64,000 nucleotides of DNA from Lama glama (lineage: Eukaryota): contig CM052817.1 in the NCBI GenBank assembly GCA_028534125.1, positions 27,654,001-27,718,000 of the forward strand, read 5' to 3'. Below the pieces are notes generated by a model. The model saw only the letters and a list, made by a program, of their open reading frames with translations, did no database searches and had not been told where the DNA came from. How positions within the stretch are numbered: the stretch's first letter is position 1; each line of letters starts with the position of its first letter. The position numbers and the translations under genes are program-made. Shown here in pieces: positions 1 to 13,559 of this stretch.

Positions 1-1656
1 ATTTGATGAAAAATAACTATTTTCTGAAATGAAAATAGAAGAATGGTACTGTTTTATATTTTTGCAAAAATAAGACAGCTAGATTCCCATCTGTGCTTCT
101 GCATTCAGTCTGTTACCATATGTTGTTTTGATTGAAGAATATGAAGAAGAGGGAGGAGCCTTTGTAAGTATTCTTACAGCCTTTTCAGGTAATTGTGGTA
201 GTCTCTTTTCATACTATACCAAAACCTGACAACTAGTAACCTCTTAAACCTTAGTTGCGATATGAAATCTGAAACCATATCAATGAACTTTTTCTGTACT
301 GTCTGTGAAGTAAGGGGGCACAATCCATAAGACCATCTTCATATCTAACACCAATTGCAAAGTTTGAGGAGTTCCTAAGACCACCCTCAGGTTTAATGAT
401 TCACTAGAAGGACTCACAGAACTTACTGTGTGGATATTGCAATGAAAGGATACAGATTAAAACTAGCCAGGGGAAGAGGTGCATAGGGCAGTATTCCAAA
501 CCTGGAGTTTCAGTTGTCCTCTCCCCATGGAGTCGTGGACAGTCTTACTTTCCTGGTGAAGATGTATGACAATTTGCATGGAGCATTACCAACCAGAAAA
601 TCTCACCTGATCCTTGGTGTCCAGAAATTTTCTTGGGGTTCCATAGTTGACTGCTTGAGTGGCTGACCTTTCATCTCTGGCCCCTTCTGGAGGTATAGCA
701 GTTATTGTATGGCCAAAGATAAACAAAGACATAATTATCAGGCAGGATATTCCAAGGGCCTAGAGATTACCTCCCAATAGTCAAGGGCAAAAGCCAGACC
801 TCTCTTTGGGTATGATTAGTTCTCTCCCATATTATAGTGTATTAAAATCTGTTGGTCTGTCTTTGTACTCTGTCTGATTGGATCTTATAACCCATGCATG
901 ATTTTGTAACATTATGAATTGGTCATTTAGAAAATAGTTGTTCACTGAATCTCTGTGCATCATTCAAATGTTGATACGGTACTAATTATTGGGAAGCTGT
1001 CAGGCTCAAGATGGTGGATGTGAGTTTTCCAACATTCTAATTTTCACTTTAAGGCTTGCATTTTATCACTAGCAGCAAACACTGTTAATTGTTTTCCTTG
1101 AAGTAGTAGACTCATTCATTTCTTAAGAAGATGCCTGTCAAGTTTGAATAACTAGTTTGTTACTCTTTCAAGTAAAAATGGTGTTCCAGTAAAAAACATC
1201 TGATTCAGCTCATAAGTCAGGCAATCACAGTGGTGCTTTTCCTTGTGACAACATCAGGCTTCAGTGTGAAGCACTAGGACTTCATACATATTCCCATTTT
1301 GTCACAGAATATTTTTTAGAGTGTTTTCAGGGGTTGAGGTATAGTAAATCAGTACTTTTTACTACTTCATGAAGGACATTTTAAAGTGAAACTGGCTTAA
1401 ATAAACCAAAACTGAGTGACTGGCAGTAAAGGAACACAATGACTATTGTTTAGTTTGGTGCCAGTCACCTTGAGTTGTGTGCCGGGGTCAGCAGTTTTAC
1501 CCACTATTGCTTTTATGCCACCAGAGGAAACGTCAGCGTAGTAAAAAGGCGAAAAACATCTTAGTGTACTTAGGAAAACTGTTTTGACCTTGGAGTACCC
1601 CTTGAAAATGTCTTAGTACCCCAGTCATCCTTGGACCACAGTTTGAAAACCACTGT
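1..1656. mobile_element. hAT-Charlie DNA transposon fossil (Charlie1-like), split by an LTR
   Basis: Resembles recalled Charlie1 sequence (aagacagctagattcccatctgtgcttctgcattcagtc; tattgggaagctgtcaggctca); ends in hAT-type terminus ggaccacagtttgaaaaccactg. Confidence 0.75.
304..835. mobile_element. Solo LTR, MER21-like, nested in Charlie1
   Basis: gaccaccctcaggtttaatgattcactagaaggactcacagaac...gatacagattaaaa...gtcctctccccatggagtcgtgg resembles MER21; Charlie sequence resumes at ~840. Confidence 0.7.
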
Positions 1657-4499
1657 TCTGAATAAAATATGAGATGATTGTTTTTTGCAGGATAACTTGA
1701 GAATGAATATATATTGCATTTCCATTCTGTTTCTATTTCCCTGGCAAGAGAAATAAAGGACTTCTAAACTAAATCTTTATTTTAGCATTAGTTTTTAATA
1801 GAAACCGTAAATCAGAAGCCACATTTAAGAATAATTAACATGTTGGTTATTCTTAACTATATTTACTTTTATCATAGATAAGCTTTATTATTATTTTTAG
1901 CTAACTTTGTGCTTTAATTAGAAACTACTAAGTAATTAATAGACTGAACTATCTTGTGTTTTTTAATTATAAGTCTTTCACACCAGGAAGCCACAAATTG
2001 CCCTCACTTTCAGGTGGATACATCTCTAATGTGGTAATAAGGTATTAATCTTAAGTCAGAGGATAGTTGAGCTACCAAACCAAGACAATGCATGAATATA
2101 TCCTTCTTTCTTGTCATGAAAATAAGTTGATTTTCTTTTGAAAATCAAAACTTTGTACATTGGCATTTTCCCTCCTTTTTTAGTATCTAAGCATGATTGC
2201 CTTCTAAGTTTACATTTTAATGATTACTGAATTACTTTGGTCACACTCAGTGATAAATATCTGCAGCATTATGGCCATCTCCTTTGAATAATGCCTTGAT
2301 CTAAGTATTAGAACAGGTGATATTTTTGCCTTTAAGTCTGTAACTTACTTAGTTCTATGTTAAGATGTTTAAAATATAGAGACTAATTTATAAAGTCCCA
2401 TATTACAATATGAAATACATCTTGTTCTTATTTTTAAATTCTTTAAACTCAGCTTAGGTTTTTGTTGTTGTTATTGTATTCTACCTCTCTATTCAGTCTG
2501 TAGATAGACCCTTGTCCTGTCCCTCATGAACTTCTGTTTGTTTGGGAGGAAATAATTCTGTTGGAGATTAATTCAGTGGGAAGATACCATAACATATGCA
2601 AATTCCTAATAAATTCCAGTTAAATACTCTGCCCTTTACTTTGTCTTTTGCATCTCTAATTGCATCCTCCTATAGGCTTTTCTTAACTTAAGTCTGCAAA
2701 CACTGTAAAATAAATTATGTAGTTTGGTTTTATCTTTGCATAATATGAATGTTGGTAAAATCTGTCTATGATGTGTGAAATGTTCCAGTTCGCATTGAAC
2801 AGTATCTGGGATGGCATAGATCCAATAAATATTTGTTGAATAAATTAATGAAAATTATAAATTGGACATTATTATTGACTTTCAGTTCTATTTCACAATT
2901 ACTCAGTTTCTACTCTGCACATGATAATCTTGCTAGACAGTAAACATTAAAATTTAAGGATATTAATCCTATTTCTTTTACCATTCGTTTAGCAAACACA
3001 TTGTGTACGTCTGCTTTGGCACATTACATTTTAGGAATTTGATTATAGTTTTCTCTCTGAAAACTTGGTTTTAAAAAGCAGGATAAATTAACTTTTTAGT
3101 TTCTTTTTCTTGAGATCAGATTTTTATTAGTATACATTTGTTATATAGTGCTTTTTAGATTTAGTAATTTAAAATTTTCCAATAAACAGCTAAAATTTTT
3201 CATGTCATATTGGGATGAGTAAGGGTTGATTGGAATCGGAAAATAAGATTCAGTTTCATTTCTGTTTGAGGAAGTTTTTTATTCCATATGATATTTAATA
3301 TTTAAGATATTCTAGGCACAGGGAATAGTTTAAGATAAAGAAAACACTGAGAAAAAAGTATACCCACCACCTGGGGTCCCCTAATGGGGTCTTCCATTAG
3401 GATCCAAGAGGAAAGTACTCCTAGGTACACTTGCGCTACACTGGTTATGAGAAAAATCCCAGTGTACACTAAATAGAATGAATGCTCTAGCTGGAGCTGA
3501 ACTCCATTATTTTACCAGATTTTTGTCTTCCTAATTGAATTCCTTTAATATGAACAACATGTAGATATTCCTAGGCTGTTATTTCCTAGGAGTTAATCTT
3601 GACTGATTGTTAGAATCATTTAGAAGAGCCTTTTCCCCCTTGTTGACTTATTTTTACAATTTTTATCAAATATACACAAAAAAATTGATGGAAGTAGGAA
3701 TTGAAAAGCACGTACAGAAATGTGTCACCTGCCCACTTGCCTTGCCTTCCTCAATCTTTAATTTTATATTTTAGAGCTAACCATTTTTTAATGTTTAGTA
3801 TTTCTTTTATATTTACTGCCATAATTATATATGAAAGTCTTACAATGCTCTCCTGATTTAAGCATTATTTCCTCTTACATAGGCATAGATTTAGTTTTGT
3901 ATACACTCTCTTCTGTCCTACAGTCTCACAGTATCATTATATTCATTTTATTAAACTTAATTCCCCCAGATCGTGTTAGGTGTCCTTTATGTACTGATGG
4001 CAGAAAAGCCCCCCAAAGCCTTTCCTTTGCTCTGTAGTAGTAGACTGTTAGCATTGCCTGCCTACTTTACCTGTATCTCCTCACTAGCGGTAAGTTCACT
4101 GAAGAAGGCAAGAGCAGTTTGTTTCTTGTTCATTGTTGTACACTTCAGTGCTCGGTACAGTGCAGGCATGTAATAGAGATAGGTTTTGTTGTTACTGAAA
4201 TTCCTTAAGGTTTTTCACAGTCTGGCATCTGCCTGTCTTTCCAGCCTCATTGCTAACCCTGCCCTCCTGGTGGCTGCTGTGGTAACGGTACCGTACTGCC
4301 AGCACGTACTTTCCAGGCTCTCTGCCCCTGTTCGTGCTGTTTCTTTTGCCTGGACCCTTTTGATCATTTCTCTGGATCATCTCACTGTGTTCAAACCTTG
4401 TTTAGCTACTGTATCTTCAGTGAGTTCTCTCTGGATCTCATAAGCAAAAGTAATAGACCTCACAGTTTTGTTTGCAGAGTTGTTATTTAGTGCATTGAA

Positions 4500-4740
4500 A
4501 TAGTCAGGAACTTGGGGTCTAGAGTCAGGCCTGGAACCTGTCCTGGCTCCATCACTTGCTAGCTGTGTGTCTTTGGGCAGGTTAACTGCTTTCTTTAACC
4601 TTCAGTTTTCTCATGTGTAAAATGGAAATGAGTGGGTTATTAGGAGGGTTTTTAAAGCACTCACTTGCTGTGAACTCCCTAGCACAGTACTTGACACGAG
4701 GGTGACCACTCATTCAATGTTAGCTGGTTCTTGTTATTAG
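4500..4740 (+). mobile_element. MIR SINE
   Basis: ggctccatcacttgctagctgtgtgtctttgggcaggttaac...cttcagttttctcatgtgtaaaatgg MIR core. Confidence 0.75.
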
Positions 4741-5208
4741 CCATAATGCTTCAACTCGTAGAGGTTCTTGATACCCTTGTCTCTCTGGCTAAACTGAGTC
4801 CCTCAGGGCCAGGAGCAGAGTCTTCTTTAATAATCATAGCTCCACTTTCTAGCACAGAACTTGGGCCAAGACTATATGGATTGGTACTAAAATATATAAA
4901 TAAGTGAATATCAATTTAATCTTTCTGATTATAATTGTTCTGCAGTGATTTGCTTTTCATCACAAACAAGAGCATGTTTCCAGTGCTTTGCAATGCATAC
5001 TAGATCCTTAATCCATGTTTGTATTAACGAACATAGAAACAGACTCAGGGAGGTGGGGCTATTTACTGTATTGTTTATACTGTGTAATTGGTCTATTCAC
5101 CTATAGTTTGATGAAATGTTTTCATTGGCTTTAGTGATCAGAAGGAATAAAAGGAAATGGAAGATTGTCTTTTGCTATGAATAATGCGGTGGTAATTTTT
5201 CCTTCCAG

Positions 5209-5253
5209 AAACGAAATCCTGAAGTTCGACATGTAGATTTGGAGATATTATAG
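5209..5253 (+). CDS. SLC30A9: Terminal coding exon of zinc transporter 9 (ZnT9); upstream exons not seen in the window
   Basis: Acceptor ttttccttccag|AAA CGA AAT CCT GAA GTT CGA CAT GTA GAT TTG GAG ATA TTA TAG = KRNPEVRHVDLEIL*, the C-terminus I recall for mammalian SLC30A9; tail-to-tail neighbour of BEND4 as in other mammals. Confidence 0.93.
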   Translation, partial: KRNPEVRHVDLEIL

Positions 5254-6223
5254 ATTTGACGGAATGAGTCACCGTGGGGGGAGCCTTGGAAACAAGTTTG
5301 CCAAGACTACTTTCCCACACTGAAGGAGTCAGCGCCATTCAGAAGCCACTGTTTTTTTTTTTAAGATGGAGGAAGTATTCATGTAAAGGGCAATTCAACA
5401 GTCTACAGAACGAAAACAACTTCTTACTTATAAGAGACATATTACAAGTTGAATCAATTTGGAAATCATGTTTTTATTTTCAACAGGAAGCATTTGAGTT
5501 ACTTAAATTGTTCATAATTTCTCATCTTAGCCCATCAGTGTGCATTGTACCTTGTAATCATGTTTCTTTCTACGCATTGTAAAAATAAGAGACATCCATA
5601 TGATTATGATTTTTAATTTTTTTGCCACTGAAGATTTTACTCCATCAGAACCTGCCAATCTTGAACATTCTGACTAAACCTTGCTTTGTGGTTTTTAAAA
5701 TAGTCACTCCATTTTAAAGTCTGTCTTTATGTGTAGAATGTGGAAATTATTTCTACATACTTTGTAATTTGCCCTGAGTACTAAGAGGAACACTCTCCTA
5801 ACCTCGTTACCCATAAATGTTCATTCCAGAAAGGGCTTTGTTACTGAATTGAAGGAAGACATTTCAGTACGCTCTTTTAGGTCATAGTAGCTGCCATTTT
5901 GTAAGATTTCTTTTCTCTCCTTTGCTTTTTTTCTTTACTTAGTTTAATTTTTCTAATGGTAGGAAATGTAAAATAACCCTAGATGTTTCCATGGGCCAGT
6001 GTGATGACTGTCTTTTGTTTTTGTTTCTTTAACTGGCTTCGGTGCCATAATGTGTATTTACTAGGAGATCATGCATTTATAAGCATTTTAACATTCTGTA
6101 AATGTACTAGAAATATTTATAATTTTACAGACAGGACAGCATTTTATTTTTAATTTATTTGAAAAGAGGCACTACTTATGTAAATCTGAACTATGGGATA
6201 TTTCTTGCTTTAAAAGAAAGATA

Positions 6224-6723
6224 NNNNNNNNNNNNNNNNNNNNNNNNNNNNNNNNNNNNNNNNNNNNNNNNNNNNNNNNNNNNNNNNNNNNNNNNNNNNN
6301 NNNNNNNNNNNNNNNNNNNNNNNNNNNNNNNNNNNNNNNNNNNNNNNNNNNNNNNNNNNNNNNNNNNNNNNNNNNNNNNNNNNNNNNNNNNNNNNNNNNN
6401 NNNNNNNNNNNNNNNNNNNNNNNNNNNNNNNNNNNNNNNNNNNNNNNNNNNNNNNNNNNNNNNNNNNNNNNNNNNNNNNNNNNNNNNNNNNNNNNNNNNN
6501 NNNNNNNNNNNNNNNNNNNNNNNNNNNNNNNNNNNNNNNNNNNNNNNNNNNNNNNNNNNNNNNNNNNNNNNNNNNNNNNNNNNNNNNNNNNNNNNNNNNN
6601 NNNNNNNNNNNNNNNNNNNNNNNNNNNNNNNNNNNNNNNNNNNNNNNNNNNNNNNNNNNNNNNNNNNNNNNNNNNNNNNNNNNNNNNNNNNNNNNNNNNN
6701 NNNNNNNNNNNNNNNNNNNNNNN
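6224..6723. other. Assembly gap (500 N)
   Basis: Run of N. Confidence 1.
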
Positions 6724-6899
6724 CATGTGCACTTTAAATTGTTCAGGTACCAGTGAGCATTGTCCACGCAAGAGTGGTGGCTGGGTGAATGAATGATTTC
6801 TGCTGGGTAAGTGAGTGCTTAAGGACCTAGGTCAGTGTCTAAAAACTTACTTAGGTTGAAGTTTATGAATTGTAGCAAATTGTAATGCTAGAAACAAAA

Positions 6900-6905
6900 A
6901 ATAAA
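6900..6905 (+). terminator. Candidate polyadenylation signal of SLC30A9
   Basis: AATAAA, then ATTAAA and a GT/T-rich stretch (gggtttgtaatggtaatttttt). Confidence 0.5.
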
Positions 6906-7789
6906 CATTTGATTAAAGGGTTTGTAATGGTAATTTTTTGATCAGGAAATGTCATTTACTGAAAATGGTGAAAATTTACACTGGTGTGCAATTTTTTTTC
7001 TATTACAAAGAATTGTGCATGCTGTACATTTTAAGTGAAATAACATTCTAGCTTTATTTTTTAAGATACAAAATTGTTTTTACATATATGTATATATGCA
7101 CACACACACAATTTGATTCTCTGTTCTTATGGTTTCAAATTTTTCACCTCTACTTTTAAAAAAACTTTTTTACCCATTATAATTCACTCTATACTTTGTG
7201 TCGTCCTCCCCTTTCCCACCTGCCATTTTGTTATTCCATGTCACTGCCATATGGGGAGACACCAAATTATATCTAATTTTCTTTTAGTAAAATTACTCTG
7301 AAAAATTTCACACAGCTAGACAAGAATATTAACTCATTAAAAAAAAAAAAACCTCAAAGTTGATGTGCACAAGTTATTCTTTCTAAGTGGCAGAATTTTT
7401 TAAGGACTTCCCAGAAGAGGCCAATTCCTGATATTTCTAATCTAATTTGAAGTCCTACCTATTCTTAAATAATAATTGAAGGCTTATGTTTCTGTATTTT
7501 CTTTCTAGTTCTGTTCTGCATTACTGTTATAAAGTTTGTCAAAGCAAAATTCTACATAAAGAAATACAGCCTATTTAAGAATTCGAGTATTTTTGTGGAA
7601 TTGTGAAATGTATGACATCACTGGTCTTTTTTTTTTTCTTCACGTCTTTTACATGGACACAGGGACTCTTGTCAACATAACTACCTAGGTCTCCCAAGGT
7701 AATTACAAACACTGAAAATTTCAGTGACCCCAGATTGCAAGGTAAAAATGGGGCAGTAGGAATAATATCACCTACATTACCAGTGGTGC

Positions 7790-7980
7790 TGTGACTGAGT
7801 CACAGCACTGCTATTTAGTTGCTCTCTGACTGCAAACAATTTATTAAACTGCTCTGAGCTTCAATTTCCTCACCCAGAAAATGAGAGTATTGATATCTGC
7901 TTTACAGACTAGTTATAAGGGTCTAGGACTGTATTGAACATGAAAAGTCCTTTATAAAGTGTTTTACACATCGTAGTTAT
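7790..7980 (+). mobile_element. MIR SINE fragment
   Basis: ctctgagcttcaatttcctcacccagaaaatgag MIR core. Confidence 0.6.
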
Positions 7981-8081
7981 TATTTTTATTATATTGAGTC
8001 ACCCACAAACTCATACAAATCACTTAAAAATTGGTCAAATTCCAAGATCTAAGAGACTTGTAACTGCCAAATCTATTCCCT

Positions 8082-8254
8082 CTTTCTTTTTTTTTAACAT
8101 TTTTTATTGATTTATAATCATTTTACAATGTTGTGTCAAATTCCAGTGTAGAGCACAATTGTTCAGTTATACATGAACATACATATATTCATTGTCACAT
8201 TTTTTTCTCTGTGAGCTACCGTAAGATCTTGTATATATTTCCCTGTGCTATACA
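8082..8254 (-). mobile_element. Short 5'-truncated young L1 3' end
   Basis: Poly-T, then aacattttttattgatttataatcattttacaatgttgtgtcaaattccagtgtagagcac...tttccctgtgctataca; T-rich TSD-like flanks. Confidence 0.7.
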
Positions 8255-10153
8255 TTTTCTTTTTCTTTTAAACTAAAGTCAAATTTGAATTACAAAACCA
8301 GGGAATTTGATCCCCTTTCTTCAAAAATAAGATAATAATGTAGTTGTTCAGGTTTCCCGTTTTTGTTTTTTTCCCCAAATTAATAATTCTTAACTTTGTC
8401 TTGCCCTCATGCATAGTATTTGAATATTTAAGAATATAAATCTTAATATTTTTAAGGAAAATAGCTTCTGTAGTAGAACGATTGCAAAAGTAATGTTGGA
8501 CAGAGAAGAGGTCAGTCAAGAGCCCCATGACTCCTGTTTGTACTAAGTGGAAATCTGGAAACTGTCAAAGGTGAGATTTACTTGTTTTCAGCTCTGACTG
8601 TAAGTCCAGTCCCCAAACTATGGAAATTAACACACTTTTTAGACCATGGCAGTGGGAGGATGAGGGATGGAGACCTATTTTTAAGTGGACATGTTGGTGG
8701 CCATTAGTATTCAGTTCCAAAGAGGGAGATTCCTGAACAATATTAAGGAAACTGTAAGATAGATTGGAAAACTTTCAAGTTTTTCAAAAACAAAATTGAT
8801 ACCTGCATCCATCGTCCTACACACACACACATCAAGTAACCCAGAACAACAAAGTAGCGTAAGACTTGAATTTTGGGTGCATGATTTTAATGTTACCTTA
8901 ATTATTTCATACTTTGGATAATGCTTTTTGCCCAAATTAACACCATCTAGAGGAGATGGCTTAAGTTTTAAATCTGATAACTTTTTGAGGTAGAATGCTG
9001 GAAAGTACAGAAAATTGCACAAGCATTTGTAATTTTTATACTATCTTTCTTAGATTGCATTTCTTTTGGTGTTTCTTTTAAATGTGATGACCTCCCATTT
9101 GCCAAACTGTCAGAAGTCAGTGAAGCAAAGAATTGAAGGTAAAATGTTGATTCAAAGATTGTCTCCCCTAAATCCCTCATACCTGTCTCTGAAATGGAAC
9201 TTTGGAAGGCATTTATATAGAAGATTTGTCTGGCAGCCTTTATATTTGCATTTAAGTTTACTAGCATCTCTAGACCTAGTTTTATGAAACAGGGAAAAAT
9301 TTTATTTCTGTTACGTTTTATTTTATCTGTGATTTCAGTGGTCCTGGTCCCTTGGAGGGCTTTTTTCCTTAATAAATATATGTAAAGAAGAGCAGTTCAC
9401 TTCTTAGTTTGGGATATTTTTCCCCCTGATAGATAAATGTTTGTTAAACATAAATCCTTCTTTACCTCATGCTAAGAACTAAACTGTTGTAATCTGATAC
9501 ATTTTACCTTAAAAATCATGCCACTGTATTTGAATAGAATTTATTATTCCTTGAGTATGCTTGTTAGTTTGTGAGTGTCCTGGTTTTATAAAACCAAGAT
9601 ATAACAACTCAATCATATTATAATCAATTTTAGCATAACTATTACTAATATACCATTAGGATATCATGTGCTTTGGTAAAGTGAAAATCCAAAATACCCC
9701 TTAGTGATACATAGTAGTATTACATTTTGACAAAATATTTAAACGTGTTAATTGAGTTACTTCTTTTGAGATGTGTTTATATAGTACATTTAGGGTGAAA
9801 AAAATCCCCCAAAACTTAAAAACACCAAAAGCTAGAGCCAGCCTACACGAGGATCCAAGTTGAAGTCTATACTAATCCTGTAGGAATTCCAACTGTTTTC
9901 TTTTTCATAAGTAACTAAACCAAAGTAATTTTTCAAAGTAATTTGATATTTTGAGAGGGCATAGTTCCTTCCCCCAAATCAAAACATGTTGAAAATAGAG
10001 CACTATAGTTTAGAATTTGTATAGCAAAGTACAGAATTGTGTCTGTCTTTAAGGGCTTGTAAAGGTTTTTAAATAGACCTAAAAGTAAAAACATATCTAA
10101 TAGCTATCAATAGAGTAATTTGAACTGTTCATGCCAGGTACCTTTTATATGTA

Positions 10154-11662
10154 CAAGCATACCTCAGAGATATTGCAAGTTTGGTTCCAAACCACTGCAG
10201 TAAAGCAAATAACACAATAAAGCAAGACACAAATTTTTTTGGTTTCCCAGTGCATGTAAAAGTGTGCAGTAGCATTATGTCTAAAAACACACGTACATAC
10301 CTTAATTTTAAAATATTGCTTAAAAAATTGCTAAAAAGTAATAACCATTGTCTGAGCCTTTAGCAAGGCTTCTTCCTGGTGGGAAGGACTTGCCTCCATG
10401 TGGATGGTGCTGACTGATCCGCATGGTGGTTGCTGAGGGTTGAGCTGGCTGTGGCAATTTCTTAAGAAGATAATGAATTTGCCACATCAGTTGACTTCCT
10501 TTCAAGAACAGTTTCTCAGTAGCATTAAATGCTGTTTGATAACAGTAGAACTTCTTTCAAAATCGGAGTCAATCCTCTCAAACCCTGCCACTGCTTTTTA
10601 AACTAGCTTTACATAATATTCTCAATGCTTTGTTGTCATTTCTGCAATCTTCACAGCATCTTCACCAGGAGTAAATTCCATCACAAGAAACCACTTTCTG
10701 TGCTCATTCATTGACAGTGGGCTTAAAATATTCAGTAAACCATGTTGCAGGCAGAGGTGCTGTCATCCAGGCTTTGTTGTTCCATGTATAGAGCACAGGC
10801 AGAGGAGACTAAGCATTGAGCAGTCTTAAGAACCCTAAGGATTTTTGAAATGGTAAATGAGCATTGGCTTCAGCTTAAAGTCCCCAACTGCATGCGTCCC
10901 TAACAAGAGTCCGCCTGTCTTTCTTTTGAAGCTTTGAAACCAGGCATTGGCTTCTCTCTGGCTATGAAAATCCTAAGTGGCATGTTCTTCCAATATAAGG
11001 CTGTTTCCTCTATATGGAAAATCTCGGTTAGTATAGCCCCCTTCATTAATTATCTTAGCTGGATCTTCTAGTAACTTGCTGCTTCACCCTGCACTTTTGT
11101 ATTATGGAGACGGCTTCCTTCCTTAAACCTCACAAATCAGACTCTGCTGGCTTCAGACTTTTCTTCTGCAGCTTCCTCACCTCTCTCAGCCTCCATAGAA
11201 TTGAAGAGAGTTAGGACCTTGCTCTGGATTAGATTGTGGCTTACAGGGATGTCGTGGCTGGTTTCTGGTTAGATCTTTTATCCAGGTCACCAGAACTTTC
11301 TCCGTATCAGCAATACGGCTGTTTCACATTCTTACCACTTGTGTGCTCACTGGATAGCACTTTTAATTTCCTTCAAGAGCTTTTCCTTTGCCTTGACAAC
11401 CTGGCTATTTGGTGTAAGAGGTCCGATTTTTAGCCTGTCTTGGACAAACATTCCTCACTAGGCTTACTCACTTCTAGCTTTTGGCTTAAAATGAGACATG
11501 TGCATGTCTTCCTTTCACTTGAACATTTAGAGGCCATTGTAGGGTTATTAATTAGCCTAATTTCAACATTGCTGTGTCTCCAAGAACAGGGAGGCCCGAG
11601 GAGAGGGAGAGTGACAAGGGAGTGGCTGATTTGGTGGAGCAGTCAGAACACACACATTTGTC
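10154..11662 (-). mobile_element. Tigger1-like TcMar DNA transposon fossil, internally deleted and truncated
   Basis: TA + terminus caagcatacctcagagatattgc; minus-strand peptide LLKKLPQPAQPSATT resembles the Tigger1 transposase C-terminus; many stops and frameshifts. Confidence 0.85.
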
Positions 11663-11664
11663 CA

Positions 11665-11790
11665 TTTTTTAAAATTTTTTTTAATTTTAATTTTAATTTA
11701 TATTCTGAGGAGGGAGGTAACTAGGCTTATTCATTTATTTTTAGAGGAATTACTGGGGATTGAACCCAGAACCTTGTGCATGCTAAGCCA
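11665..11790 (-). mobile_element. tRNA-derived SINE (camelid Vic-type), 5'-truncated
   Basis: T-rich tail, ggaggtaactagg...ctggggattgaacccagaaccttgtgcatgctaagc (B-box on the minus strand); same family as the copy at 20227. Confidence 0.75.
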
Positions 11791-13559
11791 GTGTCCTCTT
11801 GAACACTTAACAGATTTCTATAGCTGTACCAAAGCCAGGACATTTTCATTCATTTAGATACCAGCCTTTATGGAAGTCTAACTACCTAACTTAAGTTAAA
11901 AAAAAACAAAAAAAACCCAAAAAACATGAGGGCCTGTGCAAGATCCCAGGGGCTGATCTTCAAATCAAGCTCCTTGTATTTGTGTGTGAGACCCCATGTT
12001 TAGGATTGGGTGACTTTTCTAAGAGAAAAATAGAAGGTGGGGTGGGTTGTTTGCAGTTGTTTTTTTACCTAACTTGGGGGTGGAGGGAAAACCTACTATT
12101 TATGATATTTTTGTTTTTGTTTCTTTTATTAACATTTCCTCTCAGCGTTGAATTTTTACTAAATTTCCTCCTGATTTAAAAATCTTGTTTCTAATCTGGG
12201 AATATGAAATCTTGGTACTTAGTGTTAACACCAATTTTTTCCAAAGAGTTCAAACCACTTTAATACCAGAAACTGCCAAAAAAAAAATTCACAGCCATTT
12301 CAAGCAACTGGTGGGCTTTTTATATAATAACACTGTTAACTGGTACAGTAAGCGTTCTGAGAGGTAAAAGTAAAATGTAAAAAGTAGACAGGTTTATTTT
12401 AATAATAAATGAAGAGAAATAATACTTTGAACTTGACTTCATCTTTCCTTCAAATTCCCAATCAACATTTTGAACATCAGGGAACAAGTCAACCCTAAGA
12501 AAATGTTCTTGGGCCATCACAAATTTGTGTCCAGGTTGATACACTATGTGATTCTGCAAGTTAATGTTAGATTACATGGTGGTCCAGCAAAGAGCTAAAT
12601 CACCATGACATCATTTATCATCTAAAGGCCTTACAGATGAAAACTTGGGATTGGTGAGCCCAAGTGGTGAGAAAGGCAGGAGTTACAGTTTTACCATATT
12701 TTATATAAGAAATAAGTTCCTGGAAGTTGTGTAAATTAAATAATTTAAAATCTGCATTTTTTAAAAGCACTGGAGGATCTCACAATTTAAAGAAATCCTT
12801 TGAAATCCTTCTGCTATTTTTTCTGTTTTGTTAGATGCTGTTTGAAGGAGATTGACTCTACCCCTGGAACTATGGCAGATCAGGTTGGGTTTAGAGAGCA
12901 TTAAGAGATTGGGTGATAGATGGTCTAGCAGCAACTCTATTTGAAGTTCAAAGAATTAACTCAGGTGACCCAATTTCCTTAATGATATTTTCTATATGTA
13001 TCAATAGTACATATCAAAATTTATTGAGCATTTACTATATACTGTCATACATGTATTATGTATTAGATACCAGTGGGACCCTTCTAGGAGAGAAGAGATA
13101 ATGGCAGTGTTGTTAGCCAGATAAGCAGAATCAGTCCTGACAGTCAAGGACAGTGGATGTCTCACAGACCATTCCCTCTTCCAAGGACCAGAACCGAGGA
13201 GTTACTAATGGCTGTGGCTTCTGTCCTTTCTGGGATCACTAAGGCCTGCCTGGATCAGAACCAAGCAATTGGTAATTATGGGAAGGCTATTTCAAGTATA
13301 GAAGATGCTGAGATTCTTATCTGAGTGCACTTAATGGAAGGTATTCTGAGCAATGCCCATAAAGAATTAATTTGTGTTTGTTTTTGCAGTTTCACGTAAG
13401 CTTCCTAAGCTTGACAATGTGTAAGATCTTCACAAAATTTCTGGATTTTAATAAATATGCTCTTATTTCTCCCCTCTTAGAAAAACAGAGTAAAGCAAAC
13501 ACCAACCACACACACACAAATCCCTGAAAACAAAAAAAACCCTTCAACTAACTTTCTGA

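Larger units (their letters stand above)
5254..6930 (+). other. SLC30A9: Probable SLC30A9 3' UTR (interrupted by a 500-N gap)
   Basis: AT-rich unique sequence after the stop; end inferred from AATAAA at 6900-6905. Confidence 0.6.

Noticed and set aside
6159..6771. ORFs spanning N runs (also 40302-40589 and 48000-48776)
   Set aside because: Artefacts of translating assembly gaps.
10154..11662. Possible domesticated Tigger transposase
   Set aside because: Fragmented by stops, frameshifts and an internal deletion; no long ORF.
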